A stretch of DNA of 64,000 bases from Eledone cirrhosa (lineage: Eukaryota): NCBI GenBank assembly GCA_964016885.1, contig OZ024740.1, forward strand, positions 272,986,001 through 273,050,000, given 5' to 3'. Both the position numbers and the translations under genes were made by a program. The notes beneath the pieces are model-generated. The model was given only the letters and a program-made list of their open reading frames with translations, was not told the DNA's origin and searched no databases. Of this stretch, positions 28,980-43,083 are shown piece after piece (the stretch's first letter is position 1; each line of letters begins with the position of its first letter).

Positions 28980-30560
28980 GCAAATCGAGGAAGTCGGCAC
29001 CTTACTAAAGGAATACGAAAGTCTCACAGGAGCGAAGCTGAACCGGGACAAGTCCATCGGTTTGCAACTCGGATCGTGGAGAGGCAGACCAATGCCTTCC
29101 GATGGCGTCGTCGGACGCTGGACGGAAGGACCGGTAAAGCTGCTCGGGGTCTGGTTTGGTCCGGACCTCCAGGTGGAGAAGAACTGGAACGAAGTGACGG
29201 CCAAGGTGTTTGCACTCACCCAGAAGTGGGCCGAGTGCAAACTATCCTTGAAAGGTCGAGCGGAGGTGGCGAACACTTTTATAGCGTCCGCCATCTACTA
29301 GCGCTTGACCGTCGTGCCTTGACCAGCCAAAACGCTCGCCAAAATGGAGCGCGCGCTCTTCCGATTCCTTTGGAAGAGGCGGGCTCCTTTGGTGAGAAGA
29401 TCCATCTGCTGCCAACACCCTTCTAACGGAGGGCTGGGGATGCCGTGGTTGACGATGCGCAAACACGCGCTCAGGCTGCGGCATCTCTACGTATTCCTCA
29501 CCGGACAACCGGTGTGGGCCCCGTTCGTGAGGCGAGCCTTCCCACGACTCGTCTCGCTGACCGAGCTGCAGTCCTGGGACAAGCAGAGACCGAGGAAAAT
29601 GGGCGACTGGCACATCGAATGTGCTCAGGCGCTCACAGCCCTCTGGCAGGCGGACCCGGCGATCAGTGGAGACTCCACTTCGTCATTCTATAGAGGGTTG
29701 GTCCGCAGCAAGTGCGACGACGCGCTCGGTGAAACTCTAGGCGTAGAGGAAGATGAACTGGCCAGTCTGTTCGGTAGGACCTTCCGCCCGGGACCGATGG
29801 ACAACTTCCAAAAGTCCCTGGCCTGGCAGTGCTACCGAGGAGCTCTACCAGTTCGAGACAAGCTCTACAGACATGGGCGCCCGGGCATGGACCCTGCAAA
29901 AAAGATCTGTCCGAGGTGCGTGCGAGACGAAGAAACCGTCGCGCACGCATTCATACACTGCCCGGGCGTCACTGACCTGTGGGGCTATGTAGAACGACTA
30001 TTGTCGCGGGTGGGACCAATCCAGTTGACCACCGAGTCCATTGTCATGATCAAACCGCCACCCTCCTTCAAAAACGAAGGAGAGGCGGTTTTCCTTTGTG
30101 TGATAGCTATGGCGAAAGAGGTTGTATGGTGGACAAGGTTGAAAGGGCTGAGGTCAGACACCTTTCTCTCCGGCCAACAACTGATTCTTTTTTTCAAATA
30201 CCACTTTGGAAGAAGAATGAGGATGGAGAGAGTGGTGCTGTACCCCAGCAAGTTTTATGAAAGGTGGGTGAAAGTGGCGAGAATGGCCCGAGTGAATGGG
30301 CCTTCTCTCTATATCAGCCTATAGGTTGAGGAAAAGGAGGAGGAGAGGAAAGGAGTACAAGCTCTTCGTAATCCTGGAGATGAGGGTTGCACATTTTTTT
30401 TCAGGGGTATGTGTTACCCATATAAACTGTCTCCCTCTATTGGGGAAAATCGACTAACTTTTAACTTCCATCTGTGATAACATTTTACACGTTGTTATTG
30501 TATGCAAACTTCCCCCTTTGTATTTGTCCCCTTCTTTTGTGCCCCTGTGGCTAATAAAGA
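28980..30560 (+). mobile_element. 5'-truncated Tx1/L1-clade LINE (ORF2 C-terminus plus 3' UTR)
   Basis: One frame ~28981-30324 with two premature stops (~29299, ~29320). Motifs VKLLGVWFG, LSLKGRAEVANTFI, GGLGMP and the CPRC..ETVAHAFIHC zinc finger. AATAAA is followed by TATC-like repeats. Confidence 0.85.
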
Positions 30561-30589
30561 AATATATCTATATATCTATCTAGATGAAA

Positions 30590-30836
30590 GACCAAGGGAG
30601 CACCCCTTCTCTGTGCTCCTGAGGAAAAGGGTTGCACACTTTTTTTCGGGGGTGTGTGCGACCCCCCAAGGCGCCTTCTCTCTCTTGAGGATTTTGTTAT
30701 AAATGTTATTCTGTTATATTTTATTTTATTTTTATATTTTGTTATTGCCTCCTCATTATTGAGGACGCCTTTTTGTGTAAACTCCCCCCATTGTACTTGT
30801 CCCACTTTTGATGCCCTGGTGGCAAATAAAAGAAAC
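30590..30836 (+). mobile_element. 3'-UTR-only copy of a related Tx1-like element
   Basis: Shares agggttgcaca, aaactccccc..ttgta.ttgtccc and gccc.gtggc.aataaa with 30380-30560. Ends in (ATCT)n. Confidence 0.7.
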
Positions 30837-30837
30837 A

Positions 30838-30926
<89 letters not shown>

Positions 30927-31427
30927 GTTTATCTCTCTACCTATTTGTCTGTCTCTCTATCTTTCTCTCTATCTTGTATATCTATCTATATATATATATT
31001 TATTTATATATTCTATTTATTTATTTATTTATTTATTTATACCCTTCTTTTCTTTTTATCTATGCCTTCATTTCTGCCTTCCACTTCTATTTGTTTACTT
31101 GCGAGAATTATATGTATATACGTGTATATGCGCATTTCTTTATATACGTGTATGTTTGAGCTTTACGTTTTTTCTAACCCTCTCTCTATTTCTCCCCCTC
31201 TCTCATTCCCCCTCTCTCTCTCTCTCTGTCTATCTATCTATCTCTCTCTCTCTCTCTCTGTAACATTGCACCTCCCCTATGGGTACGTATATGTATGTAT
31301 AGAATTTGTATATTTATATTTGTATATATATATATATAGTGTCTTACCCTTCACTCGTTTACTTTGTCATGTTGCTCATTTCCTTACGCTTTCTTCCTCT
31401 CTTTTATTGTTTTCACTCTCTCTCTCA

Positions 31428-31550
<123 letters not shown>

Positions 31551-31554
31551 CATG

Positions 31555-31590
<36 letters not shown>

Positions 31591-31964
31591 AATATACATA
31601 TATATCTATCTATCTATCTGTTTATCTATTTATCCATCTATCCATCTATTTGACTAACTAGCGGTTTGCCAATCTTTCGATGTATCTAGCTATTAATCTA
31701 TTTATCTGTCCATCCACCTCCTCAGCGGAAAAAAAAACATAACCAAACAGATTACAAGAAGTCAAAACATAACAATAATAAGAAAACAGACCCACAAAAA
31801 TTATGAAAGAAAACAAAAACAAAGGAACAACTTACAAATATAAAACTAGACAAAGGAAGAAAAGACAAGCCAAACGAAACTTCAAAAGGAGACAAAAATA
31901 TTTCAAGTCTTAGTAAAAATTTTTGGAACCTGATGATGTATTTTCTTCTTTGTGATTTCATTAC

Positions 31965-32814
31965 TAAGTGTATGTTTGTGTGTGTTTGTGTATATATGTG
32001 TCTATGTATGTGTGTATGTGAATGTGTGCGTGCGTGTGTATGTGTTTGTGTGCATATGTGTGTGCGTATGTGTGTGTGTGTGAATGTGTGTGCGTGCGTG
32101 CGTCTGTATGCGTTTGTGTGCATGTGTGTGTGCGTATGTGTGAATGTGTGTGCGTGCGTGCGTCTGCATGTGTTTGTGTGTATATGTGTGAGTGTGTGTG
32201 TGAATGTGTGTGCATGTGTGTGTGTGAATGTGTGTGCGTGCGTGCGTCTGCATGTGTTTGTGCGCATATGTGTGTGCGTATGTGTGAATGTGTGTGCGTG
32301 CGTGCGTCGGTATGTGTTTGTGTGCATATGTGTGTGCGTATTTGTGTGTATGGATGTATGTGCATGCGTGTGTATGTGTTTGTGTGTATATGTGTGTGTG
32401 CGTATGTGAGTGTGTGGATGTGGGTGCGTGCGTGTGTATGAGTGTGTGTGTATATGTGTGCGTGCATATGTGAGTGCGTGAATGTGGGTGCGTGCGTATG
32501 TATGTGTTCGTGTGCTTATGTGCATATGTGTGTGTGTATGTGTATTTGTGAATGTGGGTGCGGGCGTGTGTATGTGTTTGTGCGCATATGTATGTGCGTA
32601 TGTGTGTGTGTGTGGATGTGTGTGCATGCGTGTGTATGTGTTTGTGTGTATCTGTGTGTGCGGATGTGTGTGTGTGAATGTGGGTGCGGGCGTGCGTATG
32701 TGTTTGTGTGTATATGTGTGTGTGCGTATGTGTGTGTGTGAATTTTGGTGCGTGCGCGTGTATGTGTTTGTGTGTATAAGTGCGTGCGTATGTGTGCGTA
32801 CGTATATGTGTGTG

Positions 32815-32848
<34 letters not shown>

Positions 32849-32890
32849 AATGTGTGTACTATAGTGCGTGCGTGTGTATATGTTTGTGTG
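31965..32890. repeat. TG-rich minisatellite with ~60-bp higher-order unit
   Basis: Recurrent gtgaatgtgtgtgcgtgcgtgcgtctg.atgtgtttgtgtgcatatg unit. Confidence 0.85.
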
Positions 32891-33493
32891 TAGTGAAAAT
32901 GACTGCAATGCTATGCAATGCAATGTTATTTAGCTAGGCCTGTTTATGACAGCAATTGTTCTTGGTGTAGATATAGAGCCTCCCCTAGCTTCCACAAACC
33001 ACCCCTAAAAATAAATCAAAGTAATAATAAACATCGATAACAAAATTTAAAATAAAACAACTGAAATAGTAATGACCGTAGTGATGGTAGTGTGGATAGT
33101 TAAGTATGAAAATAATATAAAAAAAAACCCAAGTAAAAACAAACAAAACATGTCGTTGTTATAGACATATAAGTCAATGAAAACATAATACTTTTCATCG
33201 CGAAGAATAAATTTTAGTAAATATTTAGGTGTCGGATTATCTGTCTTACACTGGCTTTTTGACAGACCAATGAATGTCAATAAACGGTTCTTTTCATCAA
33301 ATACTGACTGCATTCACATTCAAATTTTGTTATTGTTTTCTTTCGCTTTTTTCTATTTCTTTCTTTCTCCATTACTTTCTCTCAATCCCTCGTTATAATT
33401 GTGTGTATATATATTTATATATATATATGTATATAGGATTCTATATATATATATATGTGTATCTATATATATAGAGATAGATAGATAGATATG

Positions 33494-33526
<33 letters not shown>

Positions 33527-33690
33527 ATTATCTCTCTCCCCCCCCCCCCTCTCTCTCTCTATATATATGTGTGTGTGTATATTATCTCCCTCTCTCCCTC
33601 CCCCCTCTCGGTCTCTATATCCTTCTGCTTCTTCCCCACTGTCAACCTTTCATTCTTTCTCTCTCAGTTTTTATTTAACATCAATATAAA

Positions 33691-34280
33691 ATAATTGTTT
33701 CTACTATTGGCACAAGGCCAGCAATTATCTCAGTGCATTACTGGTACTTTATTTTATCGACCCCGTAAGGATGAAAGGCAAAGTTAACCTAGGCGGGATT
33801 TGAAATCAGGATGGCAAGGGCCGTAACTCTATGCGTCAAAGCATGGCGTCCGACCCTCTACCGATACTGCCAATTCTCTGCCCTCAATATAAAATAATTG
33901 TTTCTACTTTTGGCACAAGGCCAGCAATTATCTCAGTGCATTACTGGTACTTTATTTTATCGACCCCGTAAGGATGAAAGGCAAAGTTAACCTCGGCGGG
34001 ATTTGAACTCAGATCGTAAAGGGACGTAACTATGCTTGAAAGCATGGCGTCCGACCCTCTACTGATACTGCCAATTCAATGATTTCCAATCTAGATACAA
34101 GTGTTAAGTATTTTATGTAGGGGTAAGATGGTTATAGAGATTCAGTATTTAACTGGCACTTTATCTTCTTGATCTCGGAAGGATGAAAACAAAAGGTAAT
34201 CTCGGCGGTATTTGAACTCAGAATATAAATCATCAGAATTAAATTACGTCAAATATTTTAACCATCGCTCTAACGATTCA
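33691..34280 (-). mobile_element. Tandem SINE family A copies (33691-33885, 33893-34076, plus diverged 34080-34280)
   Basis: Two near-identical adjacent copies, each preceded by caatataaaataattg. Confidence 0.85.
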
Positions 34281-34667
34281 GTACCTCAGCACAATCTAGT
34301 GTATATATAAACTAATATGATAATAATATCTTTCCCTAGTTTTTATCTAGCTATCTCAAGATTTTGATTTGGGTTTGTGAACATGTGATAGTGTGTTCAA
34401 AGTTTGTATCTTATTGCATTGTGTGAAGATGTATTAAAAAATATTGTATAGTAGGATGTGGATAGATTTATTTCACAGAAGTCACATGATGAAATCCGAA
34501 AGGTTAAGATACTTTTTCCCATTATTTCAAGCGTTAAACTAATATATTTTTCATTGTTCTGTGTCGTTTACTTTGTTCTTTTTGTTCACTTTTTACGTAC
34601 ACACACAGACGCACGCACACACACTCAAACACACGTACACATACACACACACGTATATATATATAGA

Positions 34668-34863
34668 TCAGAGCAAACAGCAAGCACGGACACTCTATCT
34701 CAAAATTATTTTTGAAAAGCATTTAGAAATGCGCAACCGGTAAAAACTTAAAAACTTAAAACCACAACTGAATACTAACCCATACAATCACTAATACTCT
34801 TTTATTCCTAATTAAACCATTTTTCAACTGTGAACAATTTGTCAGCATTTTCTATTCCGTTTA

Positions 34864-34870
<7 letters not shown>
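34668..34870 (+). mobile_element. PLE-end fragment with UUGAAAA/GCAA HHR-like motif (34709-34745)
   Basis: ttt-TTGAAAA-gcattt..aaatgc-GCAA-ccgg-TA-aaa. Ends in (TA)n. Confidence 0.6.
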
Positions 34871-34932
<62 letters not shown>

Positions 34933-35263
34933 TCATATATGTATATATAAGTCTCAGTGACACACACACAAACTGAAGCAATAATGCTTATTACTAATTT
35001 CATCCTATCGGCACACATATAACCACACCCATGAAACACCTGGACCCTCTACTTTGTCCCCGACTGTCGAACCACTTTTCTTCCACCTCCGACCTAACAA
35101 TCTTTTCCCGACTTTCATGTACCTATCTGTTTTCTCCCTATTTGAACTGTCAAACGAAGGACTTCCGTATGAAACATAGAACCCTCCCCCACTTCCTCTA
35201 AGTGTGAACCTAATAAGGTTTTGTATATTTATATGCCTGTGTTTATTTTGTTTTATTTGTGAA

Positions 35264-35340
<77 letters not shown>

Positions 35341-35344
<4 letters not shown>

Positions 35345-37090
35345 ATTAAAATACTGGAGCGTGTTGGAGTTAAACACCCTCTTCGTATTATAGAAATGAC
35401 AGTAAAAGGTATAGCTCAATGTAATTAAACAGAGCCGAAGAATTATGAAAATAATTTTCACTATTAACACCTTATGAGTATATATCTGAATATATATTTT
35501 ATATTATTTTATTTCATTTTATTTTATTTTATTTGGATTCTTCTTTGGATAACCCCCCCCCCCCCCTTCCCCCCCATGCACACATAAACTTATTGCTAAC
35601 CCCTTCAAATATATTATGATTATATTTAATCCCCTTTTTTATGCTCCTTTCTATTATATAATACAGTATATTGACTACGATTTTATGCTCCTTTGTATCC
35701 CTCATACATTTCTTTTTTTCTGTCCATATTAGCCTACCATAATTCTGCTTAAGTCAGTTTTTTAGATATCGTTATGTAGAATATCGATAGTAGAATATTT
35801 CATTCCTTTCTATATATATTTATAGTGAAATATTGATGTTTAGGGATTTTGATTACTTAAACCATAGCTAATATTGTAATGCGTTATTAAGTATTTTAAA
35901 TATTTTCAATATTAATTTATCAAATAGGGTTTTCTAGTCATTTATCCGGGTTGTTTCCTAACTTTTTACTTAACTGCATGTGAGACCTAAGTAAATACTT
36001 TTGTTTTTGTTTTTTGATTTCCGGTCGATTTTATTTATTTATTTATTAATACTACTGTGTATAGTATTTTCTGTCTGGCCCTTATTCACTCATTCACATA
36101 TGTGTCTGTTTACCAACCTTGTAATTATAAGTAATTATATATTATATTATGTTCATTATTTTATATTGAAGTTGGTATTCAACTCTTTGTAAATGTACTA
36201 TTGATCCTTATTACTTACCGATGATTTTATGTACCATTATGATATGTTAAATTTTATATATCATGTAAGATGTTTATATTTTTGTACCATTATAATTTTG
36301 GGTATTGTACAATTTATTTTTTTTTTTCTCACCTGCTCTGTAACTCTATATAAATTGATTTGTTAACTTACATGCCATTATATATTATATATTATTATAT
36401 TATTATTATAGTGTTATTGTGACATCTATATTGTTTGTGTAAATTAACCGGAGATTATCTATTATATTATATTATATATTATATAATTATATAGTTTATT
36501 ATATATTATATATGTTACTTTTAATCATTTCATTACTTAATGTTATACTGTATATTAGATATACGTATTATTTTTATTTTTATTCCTATTATGCTTATTT
36601 ATATTTAAACTCTTAATAAGGTTTAATTTGTGCTGTTAATGATGGAAATGTGTATTGATGTATATGTATATGTGCGTTCGTGTGCGTATATATATACATA
36701 TGTATATTGTGCCTTTTAATTTTAATTTTAATTTTAATATTGTTACAAGTATATTATATTATATTATATTGTTTTACATATAGTACTATAATTCCTGCTC
36801 TATATAACCACCTTTGTTTAGCTCTAGTTTTTTTTGCTTTGGACTATATTTGTAATATGGTTCAAAATGTTATCCACCTCCTTAGTGATTTTTAATATAT
36901 ATTTTTACCCATAATCTTCCAATACTTTAGTGTATGTACACTCCATATTCTTCGGAGTTTTCGGCTTGTATTGGCCGATAGTGCTTCTTGTGGTTTTGAT
37001 TGCCCTGATGAGTCCTTAATAGGACGAAACATTGTTGGCTAATAAAGACTTTTGATGTATTGAAGGCTTCTTTGTTTTATTTTCATAAAA
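35341..37090 (+). mobile_element. Probable 5'-truncated PLE: decayed endonuclease C-terminus, ~1.5-kb AT-rich 3' region and HHR
   Basis: Bounded by (TA)n. Decayed RIKILERV...RAEEL..LLTPY resembles the GIY-YIG C-terminal E..WI..L.TL.P.GLN motif. Canonical HHR near the 3' end. Confidence 0.55.
37002..37039 (+). ncRNA. Canonical minimal type I HHR
   Basis: gcc-CTGATGA-gtcc-ttaata-ggac-GAAA-cattg-TT-ggc, then AATAAA. Confidence 0.85.
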
Positions 37091-37218
37091 CATATATATA
37101 TATATGTATGTATGAGTGTGCGTGTCTTAAACAATGAATATTTTATGTTTTATCACTTGATATATGTATCTATATATATATATAGTGACAGAGAGAGAGT
37201 GAGAGAGAGAGAGAGAGG

Positions 37219-37351
<133 letters not shown>

Positions 37352-37364
37352 ACAGGAGGTTATA

Positions 37365-38010
37365 TCCGAAGTTGCTAGAGTACTCAGTTTAAAGGAGGAG
37401 TTCGATATAGTGTTAGTTCCACAACAAATTAGCAGACCATGTGTTAAACCGGAGGGATTTGAAACCGTGTATGTTTGCAGTGAGAACGGAAATATATATG
37501 TGTTGACTGAGAAGGGAGACAATCAAAATTTGACTGTTGTAAGGGGTAAAACTTTCGTTTGTGTTGGTTCACCCCAGGCTAAAATTCTGGCTACTCCGGG
37601 TCCTTTTAGTTACGTAACAGAACATTCGCAGACTAGGGCAACGATTAAAAGAAATGGTTGTCGTGTTAAAGCAAGTACTGTTACGTAACCTCTACAAGAT
37701 ATTCACCCTTTCAACAATACGAACTTACAGGACACTGCTCCATTTCCGTATGGTCTCGATTTGATTAGAATTTTCCTTTGAAAGGAGAAATCTATGCCTG
37801 CTTCATTGAGTGACCGTAACGATTGTCTAAAGATGGCCTGATGGTTAAGGAGGCGTTCTTTAAAGCGGCCATCCGACATACCTACATATGTTTTGAACTT
37901 CTGCAGTTGATTAAGCCGAGTGGGTGTAACTTCAGTCTCATAGACGACTGTGTTTGTGTTACACTCTTGTTAAAGAGGCCATAATTCTGGCCTTCTGCAA
38001 GAGCATGTAT
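37365..38010 (-). pseudogene. Degenerate PLE GIY-YIG endonuclease fragment plus 3' region
   Basis: Minus strand reads CSCRRPELWPL*QECNTNTVVYE..TYVGMSDGRFKERLLNHQ..KILIKSRPY..C. Confidence 0.8.
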
Positions 38011-38096
38011 GTGGGGGAGAGCTCTTGGTGTTGGTAGTGTAGTGGGCTTTTATATTTTTAGCAGAGGAATATATATATACATACATATCATACTCG

Positions 38097-38490
38097 GTAG
38101 ATGGGTAATGATAGAAAGAATACGATCGCGAATACAAGCAACCAAAGTGGGTTTCCTCCGAAGGGCTTTCGGAGTAGCGTTTCTCGATAAGTTCGTGGCT
38201 CGGAGATCAGAGAGTGACTCCAAGTAGAGCAGTTACTTCTCTGAATTAGGAGCTCACATCTCTGATACCATGGGCATGTGGTGAGAATGTCTCAGGGAAG
38301 AATCACTGGACTGATTTTACGGGTAAAACCAGCTTGCAGGGACCCCAAGTTTAGACCCCGAACAAGAAGGTTGGATAACATCCATGAGCTTACTGGTGTT
38401 GCTTGGGGATCCAGACGGATCAGTTGGAGAGAGTTGCTTCTTACAGGACCCGCTGGTGAAGTGTTTGAGGACTCTGTCCCCACGACCCCC
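38097..38490 (+). pseudogene. RTE-clade (Expander/Rex3-like) 3' fragment
   Basis: WVMIERIRSRIQATKVGFLRRAFG, GHVVRMSQGR, RPRTRRLDNI. Confidence 0.8.
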
Positions 38491-38497
38491 TCTTTCT

Positions 38498-38547
<50 letters not shown>

Positions 38548-39319
38548 CGCGCGCGCGTGTGTGTGTATGTATATATACATATAAATAAATATCTATCCGA
38601 AATTACGTTGAACTCTAGCAGGCAGCCAATGACTAGGATGTTTCCGCTTGTAAGTTTTACATGTTTGTTTCAACTTTCAAATGTTTACAATCGGTTTAAA
38701 TGTTCGAGCGAAGTACAGGCATGTACAGCCATTCTGTTTACCTCCCTTATTGTGTGAACCACATTCCCACTTTTATGAATTGAACAAACATTAGGTTGAT
38801 TGTTATTAACGGGAAGAAATGTTTTATAAAATATTTCTGACGCTTTGATAGAACATTGAACAAAATGCCCAATCAATTACTATGTGCTTTGATTTCAACA
38901 AATGGAGGATTTTAAAATATATTTAAACTTTTTTTAAACAACAAATAAAGTAATAGGAGGTAAAAAAAGGACATTCAAATGTATCTTCAATGAAAGAAAG
39001 GATTCCGTGTGTAGTTTCAGTTATGTATAAAAACAGTCTTTCATTTATTTGTACGTATTCATTTGCTGGGTTGTCATATTTTATGTTTCTCTGTTGGTGT
39101 TCAGTGATTTTGTGTGTTTTTATATATTTCGTTCGTATGTGTGTGTGTGTGATTGCATGTGTTTGTGTGGTGTGTGCGTGTGTATGTCTGTGTGTATCTG
39201 AATATCTGCATGTGTCTGGATATAATGTGTCTGGAAGGTAAAATAATTATCATGTACCACATAAAGTATTTAGAATTAAAAGTTACAAATCATTCTATAC
39301 ACACACTGCCACAAACATA

Positions 39320-39471
<152 letters not shown>

Positions 39472-39519
39472 CATATATATATATATATATATTTATATAT
39501 GTATATATATATAAATTAT

Positions 39520-39574
<55 letters not shown>

Positions 39575-39695
39575 AATATATATACATATATACACACATA
39601 TATGTATATAATATATATATATTTGTGGTAGTCTGTGTATAGAATGATTTGTAACTTTTAATTCTAAATACTTTATGTGGTACATGATAATTATT

Positions 39696-39765
<70 letters not shown>

Positions 39766-40053
39766 TATGTATATATACTCTATGGAAATACATCGTGGTA
39801 GTATACATTCAAGTTATCAGATCAAAATAAGTTTTAAATAGAATCTAAATATTTGACTCATTATTCATAATGATGTTTTTAGTTGTAAATAATAGTACAA
39901 CAATATATACCCGGTGTGTAGATGTAACGTGTTGTGTATTCGTCTGCAGGCATGCGTTTAACCTGTTGCTGTTAATAAAGTTACTGGAGTGGTTGTTAAC
40001 CATCTCACCTCAAACTTTACACTCATTCTTTACACACACACACGCACACACAC

Positions 40054-40198
<145 letters not shown>

Positions 40199-40300
40199 AC
40201 TTTTCCTAGTTATACATATATTTCCTATCGTTTTGCATACAACTGCGACATATTCGACATGTATATGTCAATAGATACATACAAACAGGTTTATACACAA

Positions 40301-40349
<49 letters not shown>

Positions 40350-40912
40350 GTGTGTGTATGCTTGTACATACGCATATGCACACACAGACACATACACATA
40401 TATATATATATATGTGTGTGCGTGTGCATTTGAATGTGTGTGCATCTGAACATGCACATATATATATATATATATATGTATGCGTGTGCGTCTGAACGCG
40501 TGTGTATGTACATACATATGCACATGCACATATATATATACTCACATGTAGACAAAGAGACGAAAATAAAAACAAACTCATAGTTAACCAGACCTGAAAA
40601 TGAATTAGTAAATTAAGAAATATATATATTGAATAGGGGAGAAAATTACTTAACAAAGACGATAAGTATATTTAAATTTAGAAAAAAATATGTGTTATTT
40701 GCTTTTATCTCTTGTTTCATTTTTCCGACCCCTTTATATCAACTATATGTTATTTGAAAACGGCCGAAAGTGAATATAAAATGTAATTTGGAAATAGGCC
40801 GTAAATAAACCAAACAGACTTATTAATACATGATGATGTTAATAATAATAACAATATTAATAACAATAATAATAATAACAATGTTAATAACAACAACAAC
40901 AATAACAACTAC

Positions 40913-40952
<40 letters not shown>

Positions 40953-42127
40953 GTAATAATAATAGTAATAATAAATATTAATAAAATAATGTTAATGATA
41001 ATATGAATGAGGGTAATAATATTTTTTTTAAATTACACACAAAAATATTATATAAAAATGCCATGCAGTTCTTTTGAAAACAAGAAATTTGAATTTACAA
41101 TAAAATAAAGAATGCAAGCATTTAAAAAAACAAATTGATAATACCACAAATTTAGTATACGGATGTGACAATGGCGATTTGTTTGTAAATTAGTTGGATT
41201 CATCCCATACATGGCATTTTGTAATTTATCATTCATTTGAACTTGGAAATTTGTAAAGAAATAAATATTTGTACAAATAAATAAATAAATAAATAAAAAT
41301 GGCTGCTGTGAAAAAGAAAATCGTTTCTGTTATTTTGTTCTTTCTTTTTATTATAATATATATTTTTATTTTTGCGGTGAATATTCTAAAAATATTTTTT
41401 TTATAGCGGCAAAAGTTATGGTAGTCTGGTGTAAAGGTATCGTTTGCCATGTTATTCAGTGTTGTGATTGTTATTGTTGTTCTTGCCATTTCTAAATAAT
41501 ATTTCAATAATGTTATTAAAAAAAAAGGTTTTATTTGAATGAAATTTAGGGGGGAAAATAATAAATTGAGCAAAAAGTTATATACTACATAAATAAAATT
41601 TAGAAAATAAATGTAAAAATAGATTAATGATTTGCCAAAGAAATTTGATTTGTATGACTTTTCTATTCTCGTATTTAATTCATTAATGTTGTCATTTTCA
41701 ATTTCACAAAAACGTTGATTTTTTGTGTTGTCATTGTTGCTGTTTGATTTTATGTTCGTCTGTTCTTTGCGGTTTTTAAAATTTACTTCCTGATCGATAT
41801 AAATTTATTTACGGAAATTTTAGGAAATGTATATATATACAAAGCTTGTTACACAATTGTTTCACAATGAAGCAGAGACGTTGAAAAAGGGAAAAATATT
41901 GTAGAAGGGTTTCAACAATCAATAATAAAAAAGAAACGAAGCAAAAGAGATTGAGAGAGCAAAAGTGATGAAGTGAACATGACGACGCCGACAGACGCTG
42001 TAACGACGAAACCTCTGTGTAGTCAATACACTTAGAAATACCAGCCAAATATCTAATATGACACTCCATGCTGTCTTTTAAAAACTTGAAAGCTAGATGA
42101 TATGGTTCAAGATACATTATGCCTGCA

Positions 42128-42200
42128 AATAATTGTTTCTACTTTAGGCACAAGGCCAGCAATTAACCAGTGCATTACTGGTACTTTATTTTATCGACCC
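42128..42200 (-). mobile_element. SINE family A 3' fragment
   Basis: Consensus 3' end. Confidence 0.75.
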
Positions 42201-42919
42201 CAAATTATGCCCGCAAATAATATGTAATGTTCATGGCTGGAACGGCTTTGATCACAGGAGTGCTGAATCAGCAGCTTGGTGTTAAACAAATATATCACCA
42301 AAAGCTTCAAAGAGGGTGATAGAGATAATGACGCTTCGGGGCAGCTTCATGAGGTAATGTGATGATGAAGACGACGATGATGATGTAGATGATGATGAAG
42401 ATGATGAATTTGATGATGATATCGACGTCGATAACATCATTATCATCATCTTCATCATCATAATTATCCCCATCATCACCATCATCCTAGTCATCACAAA
42501 TTACATCACCAATATCACCATCATCGTCATCACCCTCATCATGATCATGATCATCAACATCACCATCAATATCAGGATCAAATTCATCATTATTATCATC
42601 ATCATCTACATCATCATCATCATCGTCGTCTTCATCATCACCTGCCTCTGCCTCTTCAGTTCATTTTGAAACATACTACTTGTAGTGCTTTGTCTTTCGA
42701 ACAAAGCCGAGGCACGTTACGCTCAAAAGCACAACTCTACTCAACAGTTTATAGATATATAGTGGAAAATGCCATTATGTGATAGTGTGTCAAATTTTAA
42801 AACTGGATTGTCATAAACAACAGGAGACAGTTTAGCATAAATCGTTAAATGAACAAAATATTGTTATTTTTGTTTAATCACCATTCAGCCTTGATCGAAA
42901 TATTTCCAGCCATGATTAT

Positions 42920-43083
42920 TGGGTCGGACGCCATGCTTTCCAGCATAGTTACGTCCCTTTACGATCTGAGTTCAAATCCCGCCGAGGTTGACTTTGCCTT
43001 TCATCCTTACGGGGTCGATAAAATAAAGTACCAGTAATGCACTGGGTAATTGCTGGCTTTGTGCCTAAAGTAGAAACAATTAT
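42920..43083 (+). mobile_element. SINE family A copy
   Basis: Consensus match. Confidence 0.85.

Noticed and set aside
34990-35265. Possible further PLE end with an HHR near 35145-35180
   Set aside because: Its layout fits, but the CTGANGA core is unrecognisable.
37410-37688. 92-aa plus-strand ORF with plausible composition
   Set aside because: It lies antisense to the 3' region of a PLE fragment and has no recognisable motif.
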